Below are positions 1 through 7,804 of a stretch of DNA of 41,380 bases, piece by piece. The position numbers and the translations under genes were made by a program. The stretch is from Candidatus Falkowbacteria bacterium (GTDB lineage Bacteria > Patescibacteriota > Patescibacteriia > Patescibacteriales > XYC2-FULL-47-12), in the NCBI GenBank assembly GCA_043811275.1, contig JBDRNG010000005.1:1-41380 (forward strand), given 5' to 3'. The notes beneath the pieces are model-generated. The model worked only from the letters and a program-made list of their open reading frames with translations. It was not told the DNA's origin and made no database searches. Numbering within the stretch: the first letter of the stretch is position 1; every line of letters begins with the position of its first letter.

Positions 1-103
1 TTTAGCACAAAAACCTCTGTTTGAGACGAGGATAACTTAACAAAATTATTCAATTTTCAAAGTAATTTTTGCCCTGCGAGCAGGGTATTCTTCTACACTC
101 TAA
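1..103 (-). mobile_element. Terminal fragment of a second copy of the IS at 8205-9536 (the window begins inside the element)
   Basis: 1-103 reads the same as 9434-9536 and ends in the same terminus, ttctacactctaa. Confidence 0.8.
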
Positions 104-132
104 TCTTAGAACGCCAAGCACACCTAGGAACT

Positions 133-432
133 TTGATTACTTATGGTCAATTATATGAACAAATTGGTGTTGATCCTAAAATGGTAAAAGAGCGTAACAG
201 GGGTGCTAATATATTAGCTCTAGTGAATAAGCAGACAATCAAAGATCATGATTTTATGATTTCTGCTATTGTGGTATTACAATACAAAGAGATACCTGAA
301 AAAGGTTTTTTTGAATTTGCGGAAGAATTAGGCAGGTTACCTGCGGACTCAACCACAGAAGAGAGAATGAATTTTTTTCAAAAAGAAAAGAAAAAAATAT
401 TTGATTTTTACAAAGTAGAGAATAAAAATTAA
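133..432 (+). CDS. Hypothetical protein, possibly the 3-prime remnant of a gene interrupted by the IS copy at 1-103
   Basis: 99-aa ORF with a TTG start. The frame stays open upstream across the IS boundary back to a TGA at 22-24, so there is no independent start signal. Confidence 0.35.
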   Translation: MITYGQLYEQIGVDPKMVKERNRGANILALVNKQTIKDHDFMISAIVVLQYKEIPEKGFFEFAEELGRLPADSTTEERMNFFQKEKKKIFDFYKVENKN

Positions 433-466
433 ATAGGTATTTAAATAAGTATTTAACTTAAAATAT

Positions 467-643
467 ATGCGAAGAAAACTAGGCGACAAAAACATTAGAA
501 AATTAAGTCGGATAGGGGATAAGAGTATTGGGTTAACATTGCCGATTGAAATCGTGCGGGAATTAAAGTGGCGGGAGAAACAGAAAGTGGTGGTCAAGAA
601 AAGCGGGAAGAAAATTATTATTGAGGACTGGAAGAAAACATAA
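467..643 (+). CDS. Small AbrB/SpoVT/MazE-like DNA-binding protein (58 aa), absent from the ORF track
   Basis: My translation is MRRKLGDKNIRKLSRIGDKSIGLTLPIEIVRELKWREKQKVVVKKSGKKIIIEDWKKT. The pattern (IGLTLP..IVREL.W..G..V.V) is typical of the swapped-hairpin AbrB fold. Confidence 0.5.
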   Translation: MRRKLGDKNIRKLSRIGDKSIGLTLPIEIVRELKWREKQKVVVKKSGKKIIIEDWKKT

Positions 644-645
644 AA

Positions 646-688
646 ATGTAGGGACAGCACAATGTAGGGACAGCACACTGTGCTGTCC
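646..688. repeat. Tandem 16-mer (atgtagggacagcaca, two copies) running into a near-perfect palindrome ggacagcaca-c-tgtgctgtcc
   Basis: Read directly: copies at 646-661 and 662-677, palindrome at 668-688. It may act as a weak terminator after the AbrB-like ORF. Confidence 0.6.
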
Positions 689-721
689 TTATAATAAAAA
701 GCGGTAAGAATATTATAATTA

Positions 722-916
722 GTGATTGGCCCCGCTCATCTCTCTAACGCGATTGATCGGGCAAGAAGAAAAAATAAACACATGGAAGAAGAAATTAGGG
801 AACTTATGGAGAATTATGACTTAGACGAGGATAAAGCTGAAGAAGTTCAGGGGGTTATTGATGAGCTGGGTGTTGATGAAGAGGATGCTATTATGTTAGT
901 TGAAGAAGGATTATAA
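722..916 (+). CDS. Small acidic hypothetical protein (the start may be the ATG at 782)
   Basis: ORF-track entry with a D/E-rich C-terminal half. No clear Shine-Dalgarno sequence. Confidence 0.3.
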   Translation: MIGPAHLSNAIDRARRKNKHMEEEIRELMENYDLDEDKAEEVQGVIDELGVDEEDAIMLVEEGL

Positions 917-931
917 TTAAATTTTTAAAAT

Positions 932-1819
932 ATGAATGATCTCATAAACATAAAAGTAATTCAAAAGGATTTTAACGGTGAGAAGAAAAGATTTGTTAAC
1001 GCTAGAGAATTACACCAATGGCTTGGTGTTGGTAAGTTTTTTGCTAACTGGATTAAAGACAGGATTGAGAAGTATGATTTTGTCGAAGATTTGGACTATT
1101 TTGTAACCATTGCCAATTCTGGCAATGGATTAAAAGCCAATAAAACTGGGAAAATCATTGATGCCAAGACCGGCAAGGTTTTACCAAAAGAGTATGTTCT
1201 TTCTGTGGATATGGCGAAAGAGCTGGCAATGGTAGAAAACAGCGAAGTCGGCAAAAAAGTAAGAAAGTATTTTATTAGGGTTGAAGGTGATTTTAAAAAA
1301 GTCATGCGAATTGCCACACTAGATCCAAAAATAATCAATCAATTAGCGAGTAAGTTTTCAGAAACCAGAGAAGAGACTAAGGATTATAGGAAAGATTTCA
1401 CTGATTGTATTAAAAATTTTGTGGCAGTAAAGAATTACGGAACATATACGGACATGCTGTATGGTTTTTTATTTTTAGAAAAAGCCAAGGAATATAGAAA
1501 GCTTTTGGATTTGGCGAAAAAAGATTTTACTAGAAACACAATGTACGAAGAAATTTTGTTAATCATCGGTGCTTTTGAAACGGGATTATCAGGAGAAGTT
1601 GAAAAAGAGTTTAAAAAATTAGGTAGGATATTAACTAAGGATGAATTTACAAATAAGTTTAATGAATTTGCATCGCAGAAGAATTGGCTAGTGTATCAGA
1701 AAAGAGCGAGGAATATTATGGCGACTTATGATGAAGAACTGCGCAGCATAAAACATCCTAAGTTGATTGATTATAAAAAAGAATTTAGCCAAGAAGATAT
1801 TGAAAAGCTTATTGGGTAA
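932..1819 (+). CDS. Phage-type antirepressor with an N-terminal AntA/AntB domain
   Basis: The N-terminal segment FVNARELHQWLGVGKFFANWIKDRIEKYDFVEDLDYF matches the AntA motif pattern (saReLH..L.v...fs.Wi.rri..y.f.e..Dy). Confidence 0.75.
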   Translation: MNDLINIKVIQKDFNGEKKRFVNARELHQWLGVGKFFANWIKDRIEKYDFVEDLDYFVTIANSGNGLKANKTGKIIDAKTGKVLPKEYVLSVDMAKELAMVENSEVGKKVRKYFIRVEGDFKKVMRIATLDPKIINQLASKFSETREETKDYRKDFTDCIKNFVAVKNYGTYTDMLYGFLFLEKAKEYRKLLDLAKKDFTRNTMYEEILLIIGAFETGLSGEVEKEFKKLGRILTKDEFTNKFNEFASQKNWLVYQKRARNIMATYDEELRSIKHPKLIDYKKEFSQEDIEKLIG

Positions 1820-1844
1820 TTATAAAAATTAGATAAATAAAAAT

Positions 1845-2648
1845 ATGTCCACATTTTACAAACCCCATCGCCATCCAAACTGGAATTATAATCCAGATGT
1901 AAAAAATAACTGGAAGCTATCCCGTTCAAAGTTGGATTTGTTTATGCAATGCCCGCGTTGTTTCTATATTAACAACCGCCTAGGAACTGCGCGTCCGGGA
2001 GGATTTCCTTTTAATTTAAATACTGCAGTGGATACTTTGCTGAAAAAAGAATTTGATATTCATCGGGCGAAAAATAAACAGCATCCTTTGCAGAAAAAAT
2101 ATGGGATTGACGCAGTGCCGGTAGCGCATGAAGATTTAGACAAGTGGCGACATAATTTTACCGGTGTGCAGTTTTTACATAAAAAGACAGGGATGGTGAT
2201 CTCTGGCGCGATTGATGATCTATGGGTAAAAGGAGTGAATTCCCGCCTCCGCGGGAATGACAAAAAAGGCGGGAATGACAAAAAGTTGGAGTATATAGTT
2301 GTTGATTATAAGGCGACTTCTAAGGATGAGGAGATAATTGCCTTGGATAAAGATTGGCAAATTGGTTATAAGAGGCAGATGGAAGTGTATCAGTGGCTTT
2401 TACGGCAGAATAAACTTAAAGTCAGTGATACTGGTTATTTTGTCTATTGCAACGGGATTACTGATAAAAAAGCTTTTGACGCGAAACTGGAATTTGATAT
2501 TACTTTGATTGCGTATAAAGGCGATGATAAATGGGTAGAGCCGGCGATAATTAAAGCGCATAAATGTTTAAATAGTAAAAAAATTCCTAAAGCTGATAAG
2601 GATTGTGATTATTGTAATTATATTGAGGTGGTGAATGAATATAATTAA
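1845..2648 (+). CDS. PD-(D/E)XK (Cas4/RecB-like) nuclease family protein with terminal Cys pairs
   Basis: Motifs AIDDLW, VVDYKAT and QMEVYQWLL, plus an N-terminal CPRC and a C-terminal CDYC. Confidence 0.7.
   Translation: MSTFYKPHRHPNWNYNPDVKNNWKLSRSKLDLFMQCPRCFYINNRLGTARPGGFPFNLNTAVDTLLKKEFDIHRAKNKQHPLQKKYGIDAVPVAHEDLDKWRHNFTGVQFLHKKTGMVISGAIDDLWVKGVNSRLRGNDKKGGNDKKLEYIVVDYKATSKDEEIIALDKDWQIGYKRQMEVYQWLLRQNKLKVSDTGYFVYCNGITDKKAFDAKLEFDITLIAYKGDDKWVEPAIIKAHKCLNSKKIPKADKDCDYCNYIEVVNEYN
2241..2285. repeat. GC-rich repeat patch inside the nuclease CDS: hairpin tcccgc-ctcc-gcggga plus a direct repeat of gcgggaatgacaaaa
   Basis: Read directly (2251-2266 and 2269-2284). It is translated in frame as RLRGNDKKGGNDKK. 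Confidence 0.7.
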
Positions 2649-2664
2649 ATTTTCAAAATAAAAA

Positions 2665-2694
2665 ATCACTCGCCAATTAACGAGTGATTTTTTT
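2665..2694. terminator. Bidirectional intrinsic terminator between the convergent nuclease gene and tsaD
   Basis: Hairpin atcactcg/cgagtgat flanked by an A-run and a T-run. Confidence 0.7.
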
Positions 2695-2705
2695 ATTTCT
2701 AAATT

Positions 2706-3866
2706 TTACAATGATAAATTACAATCCACCCTCAACTTATCCCACGGGGTGAATTTTTTTTGTTTAGCTAGGAAATACCCAGCCGCGGCGATCATGGCGG
2801 CATTGTCGGTAGTGTATTTTAGATGAGGGATGTGATAGGTTACTTTTGTCCCGAGTTCTCGGGATTGTTTTACTGCGTCACCTAACTGTTGGCGCAGTTC
2901 TTTATTAGCGGCTACTCCACCGGCTAAGATTATGGATTTTATCCGCGCACCACTTGAGGTGCGGGACGACGCCTTATATTTTTTAGCAGCTTTAATGGTT
3001 TTATGGATTAAAACATCAATTACAGCTTGCTGAAAAGAAGCGCAGTAATCTTCTACTTTATTTTTATAATCAGGGTCTTTCTGGGTTTGATATAAAACAG
3101 AAGTTTTAAGTCCGGAAAAAGAAAAGTCTAGGTTATCGTCTTGCATCATTGGACGAGGCATCTTAATATTTAACACCTGACACCTGACACCTGACACCTG
3201 ACTTTTTGATTTAAATAATTCTGCTGCTTTTGATACTGCCGGTCCACCGGGGTAACCCAGGCCGAGTATTTTAGCGACTTTATCAAATGCTTCGCCAGCG
3301 GCATCATCACGAGTCTGGCCAATGATTTTAAATTTAAAATGGTCTTTTATTAAAACTAATTCAGTATGTCCACCAGAAACGATTAAAGCTAGGGCAGGAA
3401 ATTGAGGTAGTTTTTTTTGTTCCACCCACGCGCTATAAATATGTCCGACCAGATGATTAACGCCAATCAATGGCTTTTGCCAAACATAAGCAAGAGATTT
3501 GGCAGTTTCAGCGCCAATTAGTAAAGATGACATTAAGCCAGGACCGGCAGTAACTGCGATGGCGTCTAGACCTCCCTCCACCTTCGCTAAAGCTCCGGCG
3601 GACAAGCCTGCCCCATTTTTTCGCGAGGAGAGAGAGGAAAATGTCTCATCTATAACAGGCAGAATATTCTTAATATGATTGCGGGCGGCAACTTCCGGCA
3701 CTACGCCGCCGTATTGCTGATGAATTTTTATTTGCGATGAAACTACATTAGACAACACTTTGATTGTGCTGTTTTTACCCGCCTTGCCATTGGCTTGGGC
3801 AGGGTTGACTTCTATTATAGATGCCGCGGTTTCATCGCAACTGGATTCTATACCTAATATTTTCAT
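2706..3866 (-). CDS. tsaD: tRNA N6-adenosine threonylcarbamoyltransferase TsaD (Kae1/OSGEP family)
   Basis: MKILGIESSCDETAASI, GGVVPEVAARNH, TAGPGL, VSGGHTEL, DDAAGEAFDKVAKILGLGYPGGP and TDNAAMIA. Confidence 0.92.
   Translation of the reverse strand: MKILGIESSCDETAASIIEVNPAQANGKAGKNSTIKVLSNVVSSQIKIHQQYGGVVPEVAARNHIKNILPVIDETFSSLSSRKNGAGLSAGALAKVEGGLDAIAVTAGPGLMSSLLIGAETAKSLAYVWQKPLIGVNHLVGHIYSAWVEQKKLPQFPALALIVSGGHTELVLIKDHFKFKIIGQTRDDAAGEAFDKVAKILGLGYPGGPAVSKAAELFKSKSQVSGVRCQVLNIKMPRPMMQDDNLDFSFSGLKTSVLYQTQKDPDYKNKVEDYCASFQQAVIDVLIHKTIKAAKKYKASSRTSSGARIKSIILAGGVAANKELRQQLGDAVKQSRELGTKVTYHIPHLKYTTDNAAMIAAAGYFLAKQKKFTPWDKLRVDCNLSL
3174..3201. repeat. Heptamer tandem repeat cacctga, four copies, inside tsaD
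   Basis: Read directly. It falls in the extra segment SQVSGVRCQVL of the protein. Confidence 0.8.
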
Positions 3867-3928
3867 ATCATATTAATCATATTAATCTTTGCCAATTTTT
3901 TGCAAAAGATTAATAAGATTTATAAGAA

Positions 3929-4627
3929 TTATTTTATTTTTTTACTATTCTTCTTTCTCCATCCCTCAATCTTCTTATGGTCTCCAGAAAGAAGTATTTT
4001 TGGAACCTTTAAACTGCGTCCGTTAATTTTGAAAACTTCCGGTCTAGTATAGTGCGGATGTTCTAAAATATTTTTTTCAGAATGGGATTCGTGTAAAGTA
4101 GATTCTTTATTACCTAATACACCAGGTAAGAGGCGAGTGATAGAATCAGTAATTATCATAGCGGGAAGCTCACCGCCGGTTAAAACATAATCGCCCACAG
4201 AAATTTCTGTATCCACGAACTGCTTAATACGCTCATCAACTCCTTCATAGCGTCCGCAAATTAAAATCAAATTATCTAGCTTAGCGTATTTTTTCGCCAT
4301 CGCTTGATCCCACTTTTTGCCCTTGGCAGATAACAGCACAATTTTTGAATTTGAATTTTTAAATTTTAAATTTGTTTTGGATTTAGAGTTTTGGTATTTG
4401 GAATTTATAGTACTCAATGCCTTTAAGATAGGTTTGGCCATTAATACCATCCCCGCTCCTCCGCCAAAAGGGCGATCGTCAACCGTTTTATGTTTATCTT
4501 TAGTCCATTTGCGCAAATCATGAGTTTTAATTTTTATAATTTTTTTTACTCGCGCGCGTTTAAGAATACTCTCGTTAATGTAAGAGTCTAGTATTTGAGG
4601 AAAGATGGTGATGATGTGGAAGTTCAT
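3929..4627 (-). CDS. trmD: tRNA (guanine37-N1)-methyltransferase TrmD
   Basis: ITIFPQ, TVDDRPFGGGAGMV, ICGRYEGVDERI, SVGDYVLTGGELPAM and HPHYTRP. Confidence 0.92.
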   Translation of the reverse strand: MNFHIITIFPQILDSYINESILKRARVKKIIKIKTHDLRKWTKDKHKTVDDRPFGGGAGMVLMAKPILKALSTINSKYQNSKSKTNLKFKNSNSKIVLLSAKGKKWDQAMAKKYAKLDNLILICGRYEGVDERIKQFVDTEISVGDYVLTGGELPAMIITDSITRLLPGVLGNKESTLHESHSEKNILEHPHYTRPEVFKINGRSLKVPKILLSGDHKKIEGWRKKNSKKIK

Positions 4628-4640
4628 AAAATAATTTTAA

Positions 4641-4772
4641 ACCCTAAGCCCAAAGCTCAAAACAAATTTAAATTTTAAAAATTCAAATACCTAAACTATG
4701 TCCATGTTTTGAAAATTCATTCATTTGAATTTTGGATTTGTTTTGGATTTAGAGTTTAGAGTTTTGGAATTT
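4641..4772. repeat. AT-rich long inverted repeat (hairpin element, family A: ccaaa/tcaaaat/aacaaat arms)
   Basis: Left arm cccaaagctcaaaacaaatttaaatttt... pairs with right arm ...gaattttggatttgttttggatttagag. The same arm style occurs at 18567-18708 and inside the 23S gene. Confidence 0.7.
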
Positions 4773-4803
4773 AAATATAATTATATAGTCATTATACCAA
4801 AAA

Positions 4804-4829
4804 AGCCACTTTTAGGTGTGGCTTTTTTA
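4804..4829. terminator. Hairpin agccac/gtggct with flanking A- and T-runs, downstream of the KH gene
   Basis: Read directly. Confidence 0.5.
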
Positions 4830-4847
4830 GATATATGTTTAATATAT

Positions 4848-5174
4848 TTAGATCTTTAGATCATCAACTGCGTCAGTTGAGATTTCTCCTCGTGGGGTAG
4901 AATCTTCTCGTCTACCTCTTGTAGAACCTTCTGGTTCAATAATTTTTAAGTTAACGCGAGCATTATTTTTAGCACCGACAATCTTTAAGAGTGTGCGGAT
5001 TGCTTTTGCAGTCTGACCACTACGGCCGATTACATAGCCCATGTCTTCTGGGTGAATTTTGAGTGATAACAATACACCCATTTCATCTACTGTACGCTCT
5101 GCAACTACATCTTCTGGATGTGCTACAATAGCCTTTACAATATATTCTAAAAAATCTCGATCAGAAATTTCCAT
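4848..5174 (-). CDS. KH-domain RNA-binding protein (UPF0109/YlqC-like)
   Basis: VIGRSGQTAKAIRTLL (GxxG KH motif). Its position between rpsP and trmD matches the conserved rpsP operon. Confidence 0.85.
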   Translation of the reverse strand: MEISDRDFLEYIVKAIVAHPEDVVAERTVDEMGVLLSLKIHPEDMGYVIGRSGQTAKAIRTLLKIVGAKNNARVNLKIIEPEGSTRGRREDSTPRGEISTDAVDDLKI

Positions 5175-5334
5175 ATTTTCTGTCTCCCTTACTCTTTTGT
5201 CAGCGCCTAAAAAGGATGATCAATAGAGCGGTTATTAAATAAACAATACTGATTTTAAATTATATCACAATTATATATTTTGTCAATCCTTCGCTAAAGC
5301 TACGGATTGCAAGCAAGCTTTTATTTGACTAATT

Positions 5335-5868
5335 TTAGCTATTTTTATCCTCCTTTTCTGATTTATCATCCTCTTTCTTTTCTGCATTATCTTCCACTTT
5401 TTCTGAATTATCCTCCTTTTTCTCTTCTTTTGTATCTTTTTCTACTAGCTTATTATCTGTTTTTTCTTTGTCCTTTTCTCCGTCTTGATTATCCTTGTTA
5501 TTCTTCTCACTTTTGACTTTTTGACTTTCTGACTCTTCACCTCGTCCTCGTTCGAGGCGGGGTAAACTTTCAGATTTTTTATCTAATTTTTTCTTTCTCT
5601 TATTACTTAGAGTGCTTGATTTTTGCTTTTTTCCTTCAATAATCCCTTTTGTAATAAGTAAATTATTAACTGTTGCCGAAGCTTGAGCGCCATTAGAAAG
5701 CCAGTGTTTAATGCGATCTGCATTTAATTTAGCTTCTTTGGTGCGAGGATTGTAATTTCCTAATATTTCTAAAGCTTTGCCATACATATCGCGCGCTTTT
5801 TCAGATACTACTAAGCGATAATAAGGTTGTTTTTTCTTGCCAATTCTGGCTAATCTGATCATTAACAT
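5335..5868 (-). CDS. rpsP: 30S ribosomal protein S16 (bS16) with a long K/E/D-rich C-terminal extension
   Basis: MIRLARIGKKKQPYYRLVV...GNYNP...IKHWLSNGAQ. Confidence 0.9.
   Translation of the reverse strand: MLMIRLARIGKKKQPYYRLVVSEKARDMYGKALEILGNYNPRTKEAKLNADRIKHWLSNGAQASATVNNLLITKGIIEGKKQKSSTLSNKRKKKLDKKSESLPRLERGRGEESESQKVKSEKNNKDNQDGEKDKEKTDNKLVEKDTKEEKKEDNSEKVEDNAEKKEDDKSEKEDKNS
5523..5571. repeat. 49-nt block identical (as reverse complement) to 10784-10832 in rpsA
   Basis: Both blocks were read base by base. Both are translated in the gene sense as ESLPRLERGRGEESES. Confidence 0.85.
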
Positions 5869-5992
5869 GAATTTTGGTTAAAATTAATAATTATTAAACA
5901 GTAATATCAGTTTATCTTATTCTGTAATTATGTCAACCCCGTTCAATAAATATTACTTGTTACTGGTTTTATTTAACTGGGGTCAAGTAAAA

Positions 5993-6017
5993 AACGGCTA
6001 TCCTCAAAATAGCCGTT
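5993..6017 (-). terminator. Intrinsic terminator after the ORF at 6031-6348
   Basis: Hairpin aacggctat/atagccgtt, with a T-run on the minus strand. Confidence 0.6.
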
Positions 6018-6030
6018 TAATTTTTATTCT

Positions 6031-6348
6031 TTATTCTGTTCTTCCATATTTTAAGTATTTTAAAAAACGAATAATTACCCATTCAAATTTAGTTGGTTTG
6101 GGATAGGAAGATTTTGCTGACGCATCTGATTTAGGTAGCGTGCCGTCCAGAACTCTTCTCATTGTGTCTCTTGAAGCCTCTAACAGTTTATCCGCATTTT
6201 CTCTGCCATAATCAATAGCTTCTTGTGGGGGCGGGCATGATATAATCTTAGAATATTGCCAAATGTTATTAAGTCTTCGCCAAGTTATTACCACAAAAAG
6301 AGCAAGGATAAGTATTGTTATAAAGAACAATTCAAGACTTGAAAACAT
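6031..6348 (-). CDS. Hypothetical membrane-anchored protein
   Basis: Strong SD (aggagg, 8 nt upstream of the ATG) and an N-terminal hydrophobic helix LELFFITILILALFVVITW. Confidence 0.55.
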   Translation of the reverse strand: MFSSLELFFITILILALFVVITWRRLNNIWQYSKIISCPPPQEAIDYGRENADKLLEASRDTMRRVLDGTLPKSDASAKSSYPKPTKFEWVIIRFLKYLKYGRTE

Positions 6349-6406
6349 GATAAAATCCTCCTTTTCCTGTTTTTTATAATTATATCTAAAATTATTTTTG
6401 TAAAGC

Positions 6407-6434
6407 TTGACAGAATGAGTTTTAATAGTATAAA
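6407..6434 (+). promoter_or_regulatory. Sigma70-like promoter for the radical SAM gene
   Basis: TTGACA, 16-nt spacer, TATAAA. The SD aaggaggg lies at about 6468. Confidence 0.55.
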
Positions 6435-6478
6435 ATAATCTATTAGGTCTTTAACAACCAATAAATAAGGAGGGAAAA

Positions 6479-7678
6479 ATGTCTCAGATTAAAATAATTG
6501 AACCGACAAATATTTTTAACAAATGGAATCGAATCGAATCATTAAATGACAAAACTCGCATAATCGCTTCTTCTCAATTTTTTTATCCAGTAGACATGGC
6601 TTTTTATGTAAATTTAATTAGAAAAAATTGTGATGAATTAGTAGCTACGGAAATTTGGCCATCTAGTTTTTGTAACCATCATTGTATTTTTTGTAGTTCA
6701 GACATATTTGGACAAAACAATAAATATATGTTGGAAATAAATACCTTAAAGAAATTAATACTTGATCTTTCTTCAATGGGAAATAAAGTAGTCAGATTTT
6801 CTGGTGGAGGAGAACCTTTTTTGTTAAATAATCTTGATAGTATCATAGAGTTAATAACAGAAAAAGGGATGCATAGTTTATTTATTACAAATAGTTCATT
6901 GCTCAAAGCCACGGCGATTAATATGCTAGCAAAATTCTCTTCTGTTGTTAGGATAAGTTTTAATGGAGGAACTGAGGAAGATTATTCAGTTGTATATAGA
7001 ATGGATCATTTCCAAAAAGTAATAAATAATATGCAAAAATTATCTTCGGAAAGAATTGCTGAAAATCGAGAAGATGAATTACTCTTAGGCGCTACTTTTG
7101 TAGTAACTCCACAAAACTTCAAACACATTTCTAACGCAACGTCCATAGTAAAAGATTGTGGTTTTGATTTTATTCTTATACGTGGATTAAATCCTATTAG
7201 ATCTCGTTTTATTGGCTCAGATTATGATATCCTCAGAATCCAATTGCAAAAAAGTCATGAATTTAAAAGTGGTGATTTTTACGTTGGTGGTTCAATCACA
7301 AAATTAGATGGATCTCGAGGAAAGAAAAAAATTTATAAGAATTGCCATACTTGCAATTTTCGTTCTTTTATTAATTCAGATGGAAATGTCTATCCTTGCT
7401 TTAGTGCCATTATGCACAAACAAAATTTTTTTGGTAATATTTATAAAACTCCAATTACAAAAATTTGGGAAAATTTAAAACACGTTGAGCTAAAAAATGA
7501 ATTAAATAATGGCTCAATTCCAGAATTTTGTAATAAATTTTGTGACCATGTCGAATTCAACGCTTTCATAGACTGGGTAAAGACACAATTGGATGAAAAC
7601 AAACAAACAAAATTTCGTAGAATACCAAGGGGTTGGGCAGAGGAATTTATAGATGATAAATACAAAAATTCATTTTAA
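6479..7678 (+). CDS. Radical SAM enzyme with a Cys-rich SPASM/twitch-like C-terminal region
   Basis: CNHHCIFC (CxxxCxxC), FSGGGEPFL, C-terminal CHTCNF...DGNVYPCF and CNKFCDH. Confidence 0.8.
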   Translation: MSQIKIIEPTNIFNKWNRIESLNDKTRIIASSQFFYPVDMAFYVNLIRKNCDELVATEIWPSSFCNHHCIFCSSDIFGQNNKYMLEINTLKKLILDLSSMGNKVVRFSGGGEPFLLNNLDSIIELITEKGMHSLFITNSSLLKATAINMLAKFSSVVRISFNGGTEEDYSVVYRMDHFQKVINNMQKLSSERIAENREDELLLGATFVVTPQNFKHISNATSIVKDCGFDFILIRGLNPIRSRFIGSDYDILRIQLQKSHEFKSGDFYVGGSITKLDGSRGKKKIYKNCHTCNFRSFINSDGNVYPCFSAIMHKQNFFGNIYKTPITKIWENLKHVELKNELNNGSIPEFCNKFCDHVEFNAFIDWVKTQLDENKQTKFRRIPRGWAEEFIDDKYKNSF

Positions 7679-7686
7679 TTATATTT

Positions 7687-7731
7687 AGACTGTTTAATTT
7701 GTTAAGCAAACATTTTAGACAGTCTTTTTTA
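7687..7731 (+). terminator. Intrinsic terminator after the radical SAM gene
   Basis: Stem agactgt...acagtct followed by tttttt. Confidence 0.6.
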
Positions 7732-7804
7732 GAATAAAAATTGAATAAGTTTTAAATATGATATATGATATTATTAAATAACTGTTTAAATTAGTCACCT
7801 TTTT

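Noticed and set aside
5307-5516. Antisense ORFs over low-complexity gene tails (5307-5516 opposite rpsP, 20518-20745 opposite rpsF, 349-678, 1096-1338, 2060-2281, 4317-4523 and similar)
   Set aside because: They overlap well-supported genes on the other strand, have no RBS, and have a composition driven by the sense-strand repeats.
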